From the IMG/VR virus record IMGVR_UViG_2718218136_000007, positions 1 through 49,093 of that record: a stretch of 49,093 bases of DNA; one strand, 5' to 3'. The notes under the pieces were generated by a model, which saw only the letters and a program-made list of their open reading frames with translations, did no database searches and was not told the DNA's origin. Position numbers and translations under genes: made by a program. Origin of the DNA: a virus (lineage: Duplodnaviria; Heunggongvirae; Uroviricota; Caudoviricetes). This document shows positions 11,136-21,615 of this stretch, piece by piece (position 1 is the stretch's first letter; each line of letters begins with the position of its first letter).

Positions 11136-12242
11136 CGTCCACCTCCGGAGAACAGGCCACCATCACGCATCTGTGTCTGAATTTCATCACGGGCACCCTT
11201 GCGGGCCATGTCATACACTGCCTTCATCATCTGTGGACCTGGCAGACCATTCGTACCGTCGTTCTGAATCACCACGTTGTTGTTCTGCTCAAACCTGATA
11301 CCCTCTGAACGCCGCATTTGCGCCGGACTTCCGGTGCCACCGACATAACCGCCGGTGGCATAGCCGCGCATCAGCCGGTAGAGATTTCCCACGCCAATCC
11401 GGCTGGTTGCCTCCTTCGTGAAGACAAATTCACCACGGTGAACAATCCCCGCTGGCTCATATTTGCCGCCGGTTCCCGTAAATCCTCCGGTTGCAAAATG
11501 GAATTTCGCCGCAGCGGCCTGAATGGCTGTACCGCCTGACGCGGATGCGCCGCCACCAACAGCCCCGCCAATGGCGCTGCCGATACTCCCGACAATCCCC
11601 ACCATTGCCTGCTTAAGCAGAATTTCTGTCATCATGGACAGCACGGAGCGGGTGAAGCTGCGCCAGTTCTGCTCACTGCCGGTCAGCATCGCCGCCATAT
11701 TCTGTGCAATACCATCAAAGGTCTGCGTGGCTGCACTTTTTACCTGCGACATACTGTCCGTGGCGCTCTCTTCCCACTCACTCCAGCCGGACTTCAGGCC
11801 TGCCATCCAGCTCCCGCGAAGCTGGTCTTCAGCCGCCCAGGTCTTTTTCTGCTCTGACATGACGTTATTCAGCGCCAGCGGATTATCGCCATACTGTTCC
11901 TTCAGGCGCTGTTCCGTGGCTTCCCGTTCTGCCTGCCGGTCAGTCAGCCCCCGGCTTTTCGCATCAATGGCGGCCCGTTTTGCCCGTTGCTGCTGTGCGA
12001 ATTTATCCGCCTGCTGCGCCAGCGCGTTCAGGCGCTCCTGATACGTAACCTTGTCGCCAAGTGCAGCCAGCTGGCGTTTGTACTCCAGCGTCTCATCTTT
12101 ATGCGCCAGCAGGGATTTCTCCTGTGCAGACAGCTGGCGACGTTGCGCCGCCTCCTCCAGTACCGCGAACTGACTCTCCGCCTTCCACAAATCCCGGCGC
12201 TGCTGGCTGATTTTCTCATTTGCTCCGGCATGCTTCTCCAGC
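11132..12242 (-). pseudogene. H: Tape measure protein H, 3' fragment (gene split by IS66-family insertion)
   Basis: ORF 11132-12334 begins with 25 IS-derived residues, then continues ...TLEKHAGANEKISQQRRDLWK... to ...RDGGLFSGGGR (lambda H C-terminus). Confidence 0.85.
12235..12242. repeat. 8-bp target-site duplication (TCTCCAGC), left copy, flanking the IS66-family element
   Basis: Identical octamer at 14942-14949; flanks join to give continuous H coding sequence (...LRTLEKHAG...). Confidence 0.8.
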
Positions 12243-12295
12243 GTAACCGGCTCATTTAAACCGTCTGGTCTATTTCCTCCGGCTCTACAAAAATA

Positions 12296-12973
12296 ATGTC
12301 CATCATTTTTAATGGACACTATCGTATGAAACACCGGACCTGGATCACTGAAGCTTTACGTCTTCACTTTGAAGAACATTTACCCCGGGTTGTGGCCGGG
12401 CGTCGCCTGGGTGTACCAAAATCAACAGTTTGTAGTATGTTCGTGCGCTTTCGGAGAGCTGGCCTTTCGTGGCCTTTGCCCGCAGGCATGTCGGAGCAGG
12501 AACTTGATGCCTGCCTTTACGGACAATTTTCCACGGTACCAGTCGTACGTCCTGAAAGCACCGTTATATCCGAAGCCCCCATGGTAAAAAAACGTCCCCG
12601 GCGGCCCAACTTCCCTTATGAGTTTAAAATCGCCTTAGTGGAGCAGTCACTGCAGCCCGGAGCCTGTGTGGCGCAGATCGCCCGGGAAAACGGAATCAAC
12701 GATAACCTGCTCTTCAACTGGCGCCATCAATACCGGAAAGGTGGCCTGCTGCCTTCCGGAAAAAATATGCCGGCACTGCTTCCCGTGACGTTAACGCCGG
12801 AGCCGGATAATAAAATCCCGGCCCCCGCACAGGAACCAGAGCAGATAAATACACCGTCCGACAGTCTGTGTTGTGAGCTGGTTCTGCCGGCCGGAACTCT
12901 CAGGCTTAAAGGTAAACTGACGCCGGCGTTATTACAGACACTTATCCGCGAAATAAAAGGGAGCAGCCACTGA
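12296..12973 (+). CDS. IS66-family accessory protein TnpA (OrfA), HTH; start uncertain (internal ATG at 12581 gives a 130-aa product)
   Basis: C-terminal part ...QPGACVAQIARENGINDNLLFNWRHQYRKGG... typical of IS66 OrfA; stop overlaps tnpB start (ATGA). Confidence 0.7.
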   Translation: MSIIFNGHYRMKHRTWITEALRLHFEEHLPRVVAGRRLGVPKSTVCSMFVRFRRAGLSWPLPAGMSEQELDACLYGQFSTVPVVRPESTVISEAPMVKKRPRRPNFPYEFKIALVEQSLQPGACVAQIARENGINDNLLFNWRHQYRKGGLLPSGKNMPALLPVTLTPEPDNKIPAPAQEPEQINTPSDSLCCELVLPAGTLRLKGKLTPALLQTLIREIKGSSH

Positions 12974-13320
12974 TGATATCTCTCCCTGCAGGTTCGCGTA
13001 TCTGGCTGGTTGCAGGTATCACCGATATGCGAAATGGCTTTAACGGCCTGGCATCAAAAGTTCAGAACGTCCTGAAGGATGACCCGTTCTCCGGACACCT
13101 GTTCATCTTCCGCGGACGCCGGGGTGACCAGATAAAAGTGTTGTGGGCTGACAGTGACGGACTGTGCCTCTTCACCAAACGCCTGGAGCGGGGCCGCTTC
13201 GTCTGGCCAGTCACCCGTGACGGCAAGGTGCACCTTACTCCGGCTCAGTTATCCATGCTTCTTGAAGGTATCAACTGGAAGCACCCGAAACGAACGGAAC
13301 GCGCTGGAATCCGCATATAA
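12973..13320 (+). CDS. IS66-family TnpB (Orf2)
   Basis: 115 aa, MISLPAGSRIWLVAGITDMRNGFNGLA... characteristic of IS66 Orf2. Confidence 0.8.
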   Translation: MISLPAGSRIWLVAGITDMRNGFNGLASKVQNVLKDDPFSGHLFIFRGRRGDQIKVLWADSDGLCLFTKRLERGRFVWPVTRDGKVHLTPAQLSMLLEGINWKHPKRTERAGIRI

Positions 13321-13339
13321 CCCGTTGTAAAGTGAGGAT

Positions 13340-14911
13340 ATGGACACCTCACTTGCTCATGAGAACGCCCGCCTGCGGGCACTGTTGCAGACGCAACAGG
13401 ACACCATCCGCCAGATGGCTGAATACAACCGCCTGCTCTCACAGCGGGTGGCGGCTTATGCTTCCGAAATCAACCGGCTGAAGGCGCTGGTTGCGAAACT
13501 GCAACGTATGCAGTTCGGTAAAAGCTCAGAAAAACTTCGTGCAAAAACCGAACGGCAGATACAGGAAGCACAGGAGCGAATCAGCGCACTTCAGGAAGAA
13601 ATGGCGGAAACGCTGGGTGAGCAATATGACCCGGTACTGCCATCCGCCCTGCGCCAGTCTTCAGCCCGTAAACCGTTACCGGCCTCACTTCCCCGTGAAA
13701 CCCGGGTTATCCGGCCGGAAGAGGAATGCTGTCCTGCCTGTGGTGGTGAACTCAGTTCTCTGGGATGTGATGTGTCAGAGCAACTGGAGCTTATCAGCAG
13801 CGCCTTTAAGGTTATCGAAACACAACGTCCGAAACAGGCCTGTTGCCGGTGCGACCATATCGTGCAGGCACCAGTACCTTCAAAACCCATTGCACGCAGT
13901 TATGCCGGAGCGGGGCTTCTGGCCCATGTTGTCACCGGGAAATATGCAGACCATCTGCCGTTATACCGCCAGTCAGAAATATACCGTCGTCAGGGAGTGG
14001 AGCTGAGCCGTGCCACACTGGGGCGCTGGACAGGTGCTGTTGCTGAACTGCTGGAGCCGCTGTATGACGTCCTGCGCCAGTATGTGCTGATGCCCGGTAA
14101 AGTCCATGCTGATGATATCCCCGTCCCGGTCCAGGAGCCGGGCAGCGGTAAAACCCGGACAGCCCGGCTGTGGGTCTACGTCCGTGATGACCGTAACGCC
14201 GGTTCACAGATGCCCCCGGCGGTCTGGTTCGCGTACAGTCCGGACCGGAAAGGTATCCATCCACAAAATCACCTGGCCGGTTACAGCGGTGTGCTTCAGG
14301 CCGATGCTTACGGTGGTTACCGGGCGTTATACGAATCCGGCAGAATAACGGAAGCCGCGTGTATGGCTCATGCCCGGAGAAAAATCCACGATGTGCATGC
14401 AAGAGCGCCCACCTACATCACCACGGAAGCCCTGCAGCGTATCGGTGAACTGTATGCCATCGAGGCAGAGGTCCGGGGCTGTTCAGCAGAACAGCGTCTG
14501 GCGGCAAGAAAAGCCAGAGCCGCGCCACTGATGCAGTCACTGTATGACTGGATACAGCAACAGATGAAAACACTGTCGCGTCACTCAGATACGGCAAAAG
14601 CGTTCGCATACCTGCTGAAACAGTGGGATGCACTGAACGTGTACTGCAGTAATGGCTGGGTGGAAATCGACAACAACATCGCAGAGAACGCCTTACGGGG
14701 AGTGGCCGTAGGCCGGAAAAACTGGATGTTCGCGGGTTCCGACAGCGGTGGTGAACATGCGGCGGTGTTGTACTCGCTGATCGGCACATGCCGTCTGAAC
14801 AATGTGGAGCCAGAAAAGTGGCTGCGTTACGTCATTGAACATATCCAGGACTGGCCGGCAAACCGGGTACGCGATCTGTTGCCCTGGAAAGTTGATCTGA
14901 GCTCTCAGTAA
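13340..14911 (+). CDS. IS66-family transposase TnpC
   Basis: 523 aa, N-terminal leucine-zipper-like region, CxxC...CxxC zinc motif (CCPACGG...CCRCDH), DDE-type core. Confidence 0.8.
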   Translation: MDTSLAHENARLRALLQTQQDTIRQMAEYNRLLSQRVAAYASEINRLKALVAKLQRMQFGKSSEKLRAKTERQIQEAQERISALQEEMAETLGEQYDPVLPSALRQSSARKPLPASLPRETRVIRPEEECCPACGGELSSLGCDVSEQLELISSAFKVIETQRPKQACCRCDHIVQAPVPSKPIARSYAGAGLLAHVVTGKYADHLPLYRQSEIYRRQGVELSRATLGRWTGAVAELLEPLYDVLRQYVLMPGKVHADDIPVPVQEPGSGKTRTARLWVYVRDDRNAGSQMPPAVWFAYSPDRKGIHPQNHLAGYSGVLQADAYGGYRALYESGRITEAACMAHARRKIHDVHARAPTYITTEALQRIGELYAIEAEVRGCSAEQRLAARKARAAPLMQSLYDWIQQQMKTLSRHSDTAKAFAYLLKQWDALNVYCSNGWVEIDNNIAENALRGVAVGRKNWMFAGSDSGGEHAAVLYSLIGTCRLNNVEPEKWLRYVIEHIQDWPANRVRDLLPWKVDLSSQ

Positions 14912-14941
14912 ATATCAATACGGTTCTGACGAGTCGCTTAC

Positions 14942-16418
14942 TCTCCAGCGTCCGGAGTTCTGCCTGAAGCGTCAGCAGGGCAGCATGAGCACTGTCTTCC
15001 TGACGATCGCCCGCAGACACCTTCACGCCGGACTGTTTCGGCTTTTTCAGCGTCGCTTCATAATCCTTTTTCGCCGCCGCCATCAGCGTGTTGTAATCCG
15101 CCTGCAGGATTTTCCCGTCTTTCAGTGCCTTGTTCAGTTCTTCCTGACGGGCGGTATATTTCTCCAGCGGCGTCTGCAGCCGTTCGTAAGCCTTCTGCGC
15201 CTCTTCGGTATATTTCAGCCGTGATGCCTCAGACTCGACCCAGTCCTTTGCTGCCATCTCTCTGGCCTTTTCAAGATCGGCCTGCAACGTGGCGGCTGAA
15301 AGCCCAAGTTGCGCATTCGCTCTGTCCTCCCATGCTCCCCGGAGATTGGCAAGAAATGCTGAGGTTTTACCGCGCCGGTGGCTCCGGCTCTGATACCACT
15401 GCCATTTTTTGTCCGCCTCATCAAAAGCCTTTTCTGCTTTCTCCAGCATTCCCTGGGCAGTGTCCGGGCGACCAATATCCAGCACCGAATCCCACATGGA
15501 TTTGAATGCCCGTGCTGTCCTGTCTGCCCAGGTCTCCAGCGTGCCCATGTTCTCTTTCAGGCGGCGGGTCTGGTCATCAAACCCTTTCGTTGCGGCCTCG
15601 TTCGCCGCCTGCAATGCCCCGGCTTCATCTCCGGAACGCTGCAACTGAGCAACATACGCAATCTGCTCCGCCGTCACGTTATGGAACTGACGTGCCATCG
15701 CTGTCAGTCCCGACGTCGGGTCTGTGGTCAGCTTCCCGAAGGCTTCAGCGACCTTGTCCACCTCCACGCCGGATGCAGAGGAGAAACGCGCCACACTCTG
15801 GCTGATCGCCTCAAACTGCTCACCACCACGCACACCGGCATTCACCAGCGCCGTCAGTGACTCGCTGGTCTGGTTAAACGTCAGCCCTGCCGCCTGCCCG
15901 GCTCTGGACAGGACCAGCATACGATCTGCCGTCAGTCCCGCCTGATTGCCGGAAAGGACCAGCGTTTTGTTGAAATCGGACAGGGTTGAGTTGCCCTGAT
16001 ACCAGGCATACGCCAGCGCACCGGTCGCCACCGCCAGCGAGGTGGCCCCCACCATCGGCAGGGTGATCGCACCGGCAAGCCCCCTGAACATGGGGATCAT
16101 CCCGCCGAAGGAGTCCTTAACCTGACCCCCCTGTTGCAGCAGGATCAGCCACGGGCTTTGCCCGCCTGCAAGCTGCGTGGCCACGTCGGTGAACTGTGCA
16201 GGCAGCATACGCATGGCGGCTTTATACTGCCCGACGGAAATCCCCGCTTTCTGTGCAGCCAGCGCCTGTCGGCTCAGCGACTGTTCAACGACTGCCGCTG
16301 TTTTTTTCGCATCAGTTTCCGTACCGGAAAAATGACGCCTGACTCTGGCCATCTGCTCGTCAAATCTGGCCGCATCCAGACTTAAATCAACGACCAGATC
16401 GCCTACCGGTTCAGCCAT
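14942..16418 (-). pseudogene. H: Tape measure protein H, 5' fragment (truncated by IS66-family insertion)
   Basis: ORF 14832-16418 begins MAEPVGDLVVDLSLDAARFDEQMARVRRHF (lambda H N-terminus), runs to ...LQAELRTLE, then 36 IS-derived codons and a stop. Confidence 0.85.
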
Positions 16419-16845
16419 ACCGGACTCCTCCTGCGATCCCTTCTGATACTGTCATCAGCATTACGTCATCCTCCGTCATGTCCGCCACATCCGGGGAAGC
16501 GGGGATAACTTCATTCCCGTCCGGGCCAAAGCGGACGCCTCCGGCAAGCCCTGCCGCTTTCTGCATCAGCACATCATCTTCAGGCTCTTCGTCAGCCTCA
16601 CGCCGGTTCAGCAGACTGAAATCCAGCGGATGCATATCCGGATCGCTGAAAAACAGGCTGAGCACGGTGTACGTCAGCCCGGAAAAGTGCATATCCAGCA
16701 GAACATCATGAAAATAATGGGTACTGTAAAAGCGGTGCCAGTCGGCATACTCCGTGGATGACATCCCGGCAAGCATGGCACGCCAGTCGGGTCGCCCCAT
16801 CTCTCGCGCCAGTTTCAGGGCAAAACTCAGCTCACCGTCGAACAC
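16411..16845 (-). CDS. T: T segment of the G-T tail assembly chaperone (expressed by -1 frameshift from G)
   Basis: -1 frame ORF overlapping the 3' end of G, with slippery heptamer at G's end; lambda G/T arrangement. Confidence 0.8.
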   Translation of the reverse strand: MFDGELSFALKLAREMGRPDWRAMLAGMSSTEYADWHRFYSTHYFHDVLLDMHFSGLTYTVLSLFFSDPDMHPLDFSLLNRREADEEPEDDVLMQKAAGLAGGVRFGPDGNEVIPASPDVADMTEDDVMLMTVSEGIAGGVRYG

Positions 16846-17249
16846 TTTCCCGCAGAAACAGGCTCTGCGGGCCCGGCGTCCTCTGTCTGTTCAGGGGCAT
16901 TATTCACAACAAACTCATACATACCAGACAGCCGGTACACCACGTTTTCAGCATGAGAAATTGCCTCCGTGGGCCAGGTGGTAAGCACTTCCTGCTCAAT
17001 CTGTTTAACGGCTTCATTCATGGACGGCATCTGCGTCTTCTGCGGATGGTTATGCCACAGGGACATCGCCACCAGAAACGCGCCGGTTCTGATGGCGTCT
17101 TCCACAGTAAACTTCCGGTTGCTGTCTGACTCCGCCTGTTCTGCCTGCCGTTTCATCAGGGCGAGATGCTCAATTCGCTGCAGGGCTGACAGTTCAGAAA
17201 GCGTGACGGTCACACCGTTATGTTCAAATGATTCGGTTTTCAGGAACAT
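16827..17249 (-). CDS. G: Tail assembly chaperone G
   Basis: 140 aa, position between V and T/H; lambda G-like. Confidence 0.85.
   Translation of the reverse strand: MFLKTESFEHNGVTVTLSELSALQRIEHLALMKRQAEQAESDSNRKFTVEDAIRTGAFLVAMSLWHNHPQKTQMPSMNEAVKQIEQEVLTTWPTEAISHAENVVYRLSGMYEFVVNNAPEQTEDAGPAEPVSAGKCSTVS
16845..16851 (-). other. Programmed -1 ribosomal frameshift slippery site GGGAAAG (G to G-T)
   Basis: Plus-strand CTTTCCC at 16845-16851 is the reverse complement of GGGAAAG, about 7 codons before the G stop. Confidence 0.8.
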
Positions 17250-17264
17250 CGCTGACTCCCCGGA

Positions 17265-18005
17265 TTAACTGGCGGTGACGGTGATTTCTGCAACCGCAGC
17301 AAGTTCACCATTACCGGATACGACCGGAATGTTGACCTTGCCTGCAGCAACACCTTTCACGGTGATGGTCATACCACTGACCGACACGGTGGCTTTTGTT
17401 TTATCCGCAGACACCGCACGGAAGCTCTTGTCGGTTGCGCCTTCCGGCTGGAATGCCACGGTCAGCGTGGTGCTCTGCCCTTTCACCACCGAGGTGCTGG
17501 CAGGCGTCACAGTCATGCCGGTTGTCGCCGTCACCGTGCTGCGATCTTCTGCCATCGACGGACGGCCCACGTTGGTGACTTTCACCGTGCGGGTGATCAC
17601 TTCCTTCGCCGTCACCGCCTTACCGATACTGCTGACCCAGCCGCGGAACACATCGACCGTGCCGTTCGGGAAGCGGATTTTATAGGCTCGGGTATCCCCT
17701 TCATTAAACCACGCCAGCAGCGCCTGCTGCCCCTGCTCTCCGGGCATCCACGCCAGCGTGAAGCTGGTATCTCCGGCAGATTTCTGCCCCTGCCCGGTCG
17801 CAGTCCAGTCTGCATCTTCATCATCGAGATAGCTGTCGTCATAGGACTCAGCGGTCAGTTCGCCGGGCGTCAGGTCTTTAACTTTTGCCAGACGCGACCA
17901 GTCAACGTCTGAAAGCGGATTCGCATAAGGGTCACCGCTTCCCTTATAAACCCACAGGGTGGTCCCGGCACCTTTCACCGGCATTACAGGATTTGGTACA
18001 GGCAT
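17265..18005 (-). CDS. V: Major tail protein V
   Basis: Starts [31 protein letters not shown]..., ends ...EITVTAS with Ig-like C-terminal domain; ATG at 18005 (track ORF extends upstream). Confidence 0.9.
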   Translation of the reverse strand: MPVPNPVMPVKGAGTTLWVYKGSGDPYANPLSDVDWSRLAKVKDLTPGELTAESYDDSYLDDEDADWTATGQGQKSAGDTSFTLAWMPGEQGQQALLAWFNEGDTRAYKIRFPNGTVDVFRGWVSSIGKAVTAKEVITRTVKVTNVGRPSMAEDRSTVTATTGMTVTPASTSVVKGQSTTLTVAFQPEGATDKSFRAVSADKTKATVSVSGMTITVKGVAAGKVNIPVVSGNGELAAVAEITVTAS

Positions 18006-18012
18006 AGCGTCC

Positions 18013-18408
18013 TCACATTTCATAGGTAATGACATAAGTCAGATCGGCTGAACTCCACAGGCCCGCATCATCGTCGCGCCGGTAGTCATAGCCGCTGGCC
18101 ACCATACTGGTGATCAAATCTGACAGTGCCGGGATATCACTCATCACCGGATAAATCCGGGACTCCATCCACGCATCCAGCTCTGAATCCGGCACCTGAG
18201 CAGGCAGGAAAACTTCAATATGCAGCTCCGCCTGCCATGTATCGCTGTCCAGCTCTTCGCCCGTGTATTCAGCGCCGGTGAGATAAACGGCAACTGCCGG
18301 AAAATCCGCCTCATCAAAAACAGCGGGGCGACCATCAAAAAACGTCGCCCCGGTGTCATGCTTCTCCAGTGCATCCAGTACGGCTGCACGGAGTTCAGTA
18401 TGTTTCAT
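18013..18408 (-). CDS. U: Tail terminator protein U
   Basis: 131 aa, [31 protein letters not shown]...; lambda U-like. Confidence 0.9.
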   Translation of the reverse strand: MKHTELRAAVLDALEKHDTGATFFDGRPAVFDEADFPAVAVYLTGAEYTGEELDSDTWQAELHIEVFLPAQVPDSELDAWMESRIYPVMSDIPALSDLITSMVASGYDYRRDDDAGLWSSADLTYVITYEM

Positions 18409-18983
18409 CGCTTTATTACCATTCTCAGTTGATGCTGCAGCGCATAGCCCAGCTCTTTCGGAAGACGTTCACGCCGTATCCGTTCAATATTCTGTTTAAA
18501 CGCCGTGGTCAGCGGCACCGCCATCGGGATTTTCACCACATCAATGGGGTAACGGTTTTTCCCGGCCACACGCTGCATGACATGCCACCGGCCATTTTTC
18601 AGTTGCTGAATAAACGCGCCGGGAATACGACGGTTTCCCACCACAAGCACGCTGCCGCCACCTTTCAGGGATGAACGCTGCCCCTTTTTACGACGTCTGC
18701 GGCGGGAAAGGACAACCCGCGCGTTACCCAGCTTGATTACGGGCAAATCCCCCCGGTTAACCCTGATTCTGGCCTGCGGATTTTTGACCGTGGCCCTTTT
18801 CAGCCTGGCCCTTTCCTTTACCAGTTTCCGGCGTACCTTTGTCTCACGGGCAACCTGTGACGCAGACTGCGATATCGCGGATGACGCAACGCGGTTAATG
18901 GCCATTGCGGCGGCACCAGGCACCGCCGTTTTGCTGATACGGCTGAGGTTTTCAACGGCCTGCTCAAGACCTTTTATGGCCAT
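18405..18983 (-). CDS. Z: Tail completion protein Z
   Basis: 192 aa; gene order FII-Z-U-V as in lambda. Confidence 0.85.
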   Translation of the reverse strand: MAIKGLEQAVENLSRISKTAVPGAAAMAINRVASSAISQSASQVARETKVRRKLVKERARLKRATVKNPQARIRVNRGDLPVIKLGNARVVLSRRRRRKKGQRSSLKGGGSVLVVGNRRIPGAFIQQLKNGRWHVMQRVAGKNRYPIDVVKIPMAVPLTTAFKQNIERIRRERLPKELGYALQHQLRMVIKR

Positions 18984-18994
18984 ACATCCCCCTT

Positions 18995-19348
18995 TCAGCG
19001 GCGACGGTTAACGGCAGGCGGCACGCCACGCCCAAGCCAGAGATGACAGCTTCCGCCATCATCCGGCGAAATCCGGTCCACCCAGAAGTTTTCCTCGCCG
19101 ATGGTCAGTGTGTCTCCACGCCGCAGCTGCCGCACATCATCAGTCCGGACAAACAGGGACGGGCTGGAGCCTTCAACGCGCACCCCCTGTCCGGCATAGC
19201 TGATATTTTCAGGGTCATCAAAAACACCACGTATCACAGCACCGGACAGCTCACCGGATGTCATGGTGGCTGACGTTCCCATGTACCCGCGTATCGTTTC
19301 ATCGGCGCGGGCAATGGCAGCATCGAACAGGTTATCGGAATCAGCCAC
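18995..19348 (-). CDS. FII: Head-tail joining protein FII
   Basis: 117 aa, MADSDNLFDAAIARADETIRGYMGTSATMTSGELSG... Confidence 0.85.
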   Translation of the reverse strand: MADSDNLFDAAIARADETIRGYMGTSATMTSGELSGAVIRGVFDDPENISYAGQGVRVEGSSPSLFVRTDDVRQLRRGDTLTIGEENFWVDRISPDDGGSCHLWLGRGVPPAVNRRR

Positions 19349-19359
19349 AGCGCCTCCCG

Positions 19360-19755
19360 TTATTGCATTCTGGCCAGGCCATGTTCTGTCATTTCGGCTG
19401 CCACACCGGCAGAGACACGAAACGCCGTTCCCGGCAGCACAAATGCCACAGGCTCATCCCGCGTGGCGTGAAGTGCATCAGTATGCAGCGTCACCAGTGC
19501 CACGACCGTGACCAGAGCAGCCGTATCAATCACGGTATCCGGCTGCGCTGATACCACCTCATTTTCATGTCCGGTCAGCGCATTTTCCGGGCTGACAGAT
19601 GTGTCCTGACCGGCAGCGTCATCCGTGTCATCAAGCTCCTCTTCCAGCTCTGCCACACGGAGCACCAGTTCTTCTTTCGTCCCCGTCAGGCTGACATCAC
19701 GGTTCAGTTGCTCACCCAGCACCTGAAGACGGGCAATCAGTTCATCTTTCGTCAT
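19360..19755 (-). CDS. FI: DNA packaging protein FI
   Basis: Starts MTKDELIARLQVLGEQLNRDVSLTGTKEEL at ATG 19755; acidic linker; lambda FI-like. Confidence 0.85.
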   Translation of the reverse strand: MTKDELIARLQVLGEQLNRDVSLTGTKEELVLRVAELEEELDDTDDAAGQDTSVSPENALTGHENEVVSAQPDTVIDTAALVTVVALVTLHTDALHATRDEPVAFVLPGTAFRVSAGVAAEMTEHGLARMQ

Positions 19756-19796
19756 GGACTCCTCCACAGAGAGAAAATGGCCCCGAAGGGCCATGA

Positions 19797-20822
19797 TTAC
19801 GCCAGTTGTACGGACACGAACGCATCAGGATCAGCCAGCAGCATCAGCGGTGCTGACTGAATCATGGTGAACTCACGCGCCGGATCGCCGGTGGTCACCC
19901 AGTTTTTCGGGTAGCGGGCAGAGGCGTTAATACCTTCGCGCTGTGCGTCCGCATCCTGAATGCAGCCATAGGTGCGCAGACCACGTGCCTGAGTGTTCCC
20001 CAGCACCATCGTGTTGTCCGGCAGGAAGTTCTTTTTGACGTCGTTTTCCACGTACTGTCCGGAATACACGACGATCGCCGTATCGCCATACATCCCCTTA
20101 TAGGACACCGCTTCGCCCAGGTCTTTTACCGCTGTCTCCAGCTCGGAATGAGAGCCGCGACGGGTATCCAGCTTCTCCTTGACGGCTTTGAAGGAACGGA
20201 ACAGCGCCCAGCCTTTCGGATCAAACACGATGATATTCACCACGCCGCTGGCGTTCAGCGCATAGGCTTCGATATCGTCGGTCGGGTCATACGTGGACTT
20301 GTCACGCTTGCTCCACTCCGTACCACCGGACTGTGTGATGTTGTTCGCCGCACTGCGGCCCATATCCACCTCAACCGGATCGAAGGCTTCACCGGTCATG
20401 GTGTATTTGCCCTTAAGCACAGCAGAAACTGCCTGCATCTCTTCGACCTGAGCAATGGCCAGCTCTTCGTCTCGCATGTTCTGCATGATGATGCGACGGC
20501 GGCGGTAAGCCGGGTCCGCCAGATTCTGCGGATCTTCATCCGGCAGGCGACGCAGGGTCATCTGCGGATTCACCTCATGCTTGGGTTTGACATATCCCGG
20601 CGTAAATTCAGAGGTGGAGCCGCCACGGGAACGGATAACCTCACCGGAAACAATCGGCGAAACGTACAGCGCCATGTTTACCAGTCCCGGAATTTGTGAG
20701 AGATAGACTTTCTCCGTGGTAAAGGGATAGCTCTCACGGAAAAAGAGACGCAGAAACAGCGGATCAAACTTAAATTTCTGCTCATTTGCCGCCAGCAGCT
20801 GGGCGGTTGTGTACATCGACAT
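19797..20822 (-). CDS. E: Major capsid protein E
   Basis: Starts MSMYTTAQLLAANEQKFKFDPLFLRLFFRESYPF..., ends ...FVSVQLA; ATG at 20822. Confidence 0.9.
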   Translation of the reverse strand: MSMYTTAQLLAANEQKFKFDPLFLRLFFRESYPFTTEKVYLSQIPGLVNMALYVSPIVSGEVIRSRGGSTSEFTPGYVKPKHEVNPQMTLRRLPDEDPQNLADPAYRRRRIIMQNMRDEELAIAQVEEMQAVSAVLKGKYTMTGEAFDPVEVDMGRSAANNITQSGGTEWSKRDKSTYDPTDDIEAYALNASGVVNIIVFDPKGWALFRSFKAVKEKLDTRRGSHSELETAVKDLGEAVSYKGMYGDTAIVVYSGQYVENDVKKNFLPDNTMVLGNTQARGLRTYGCIQDADAQREGINASARYPKNWVTTGDPAREFTMIQSAPLMLLADPDAFVSVQLA

Positions 20823-20834
20823 AAAAAAATCCCG

Positions 20835-20856
20835 TAAAAAAAGCCGCACAGGCGGC
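20835..20856 (-). terminator. Hairpin plus U-tract between D and E (attenuator or terminator-like element in the late operon)
   Basis: Minus-strand RNA GCCGC-CUGU-GCGGC followed by U7; plus-strand 20843-20856 with A-run at 20836-20842. Confidence 0.3.
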
Positions 20857-20877
20857 CTTTAGTGATGAAGGGTAAGG

Positions 20878-21210
20878 TTAAACGATGCTGATTGCCGTTC
20901 CGGCAAACGCGGTCCGTTTTTTCGTCTCGTCGCTGGCAGCCTCCGGCCAGAGCACATCCTCATAACGGAACGTGCCGGACTTGTAGAACGTCAGCGTGGT
21001 GCTGGTCTGGTCAGCATCAACCGCCAGAATGCCAACGGCAGTACCGTCGGTGGTGCCATCCCACGCAACCAGCTTACGGGTGGAGGTGTCCAGCATCAGC
21101 GGGGTCATTGCAGGCGCTTTCGCACTCAATCCGCCGGGCGCGGTTGCCGTATGTGCCGGGTCACTGTTGCCCAGCGGCTGGTAATGGGTAAAGGTTTCTT
21201 TGCTCGTCAT
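20878..21210 (-). CDS. D: Head decoration protein D
   Basis: Starts [41 protein letters not shown]..., 110 aa from ATG 21210. Confidence 0.9.
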   Translation of the reverse strand: MTSKETFTHYQPLGNSDPAHTATAPGGLSAKAPAMTPLMLDTSTRKLVAWDGTTDGTAVGILAVDADQTSTTLTFYKSGTFRYEDVLWPEAASDETKKRTAFAGTAISIV

Positions 21211-21219
21211 AAACATCCC

Positions 21220-21615
21220 TTACACTGGTGTGTTCAGCAAATCGTTAACGGCATCAGATGCCGGGTTACCTGCAGCCAGTGGTGCCGGTGCCCCCTGCAT
21301 CAGACGATCCAGCGCAGTGTCACTGCGCGCCTGTGCACTCTGTGGTGCAGCTGCCAGAATGCGGCGGGCCGTTTCCACGGTCATACCGGGGGTTTCGGCC
21401 AGCACACGTGCCTGTTCTTCGCGTCCGTGAGCTTCCTCACAGTTGAGGATCCCCATAATGCGGCTGTTTTCTGCCGCAACCGCAGCGGTGATCTGCGCGT
21501 TCACGTCCGGCTGCGCCGCGCTGGCGTTTTCGCCCTCCGTCGCTTGCACCACGTCAGTAACGTCAGCCTGCGAAGCAGTGGCTGAAACAGTTGTTGATTG
21601 AGTCTCTTTGGTCAT
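21220..21615 (-). CDS. Nu3: Scaffolding protein Nu3 (in-frame internal start within C)
   Basis: Internal ATG at 21615 gives MTKETQSTTVSATASQADVTD...NTPV (131 aa), the nested C/Nu3 arrangement of lambda. Confidence 0.75.
   Translation of the reverse strand: MTKETQSTTVSATASQADVTDVVQATEGENASAAQPDVNAQITAAVAAENSRIMGILNCEEAHGREEQARVLAETPGMTVETARRILAAAPQSAQARSDTALDRLMQGAPAPLAAGNPASDAVNDLLNTPV

Larger units (their letters stand above)
12243..14941 (+). mobile_element. IS66-family insertion sequence (about 2.7 kb) inserted in tape-measure gene H
   Basis: Imperfect terminal inverted repeats starting GTAACCGGCTCATTTAAACCG (12243) and GTAAGCGACTCGTCAGAACCG (reverse complement of the end at 14941); three ORFs in tnpA-tnpB-tnpC order; 8-bp direct repeats flank it. 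Confidence 0.85.
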
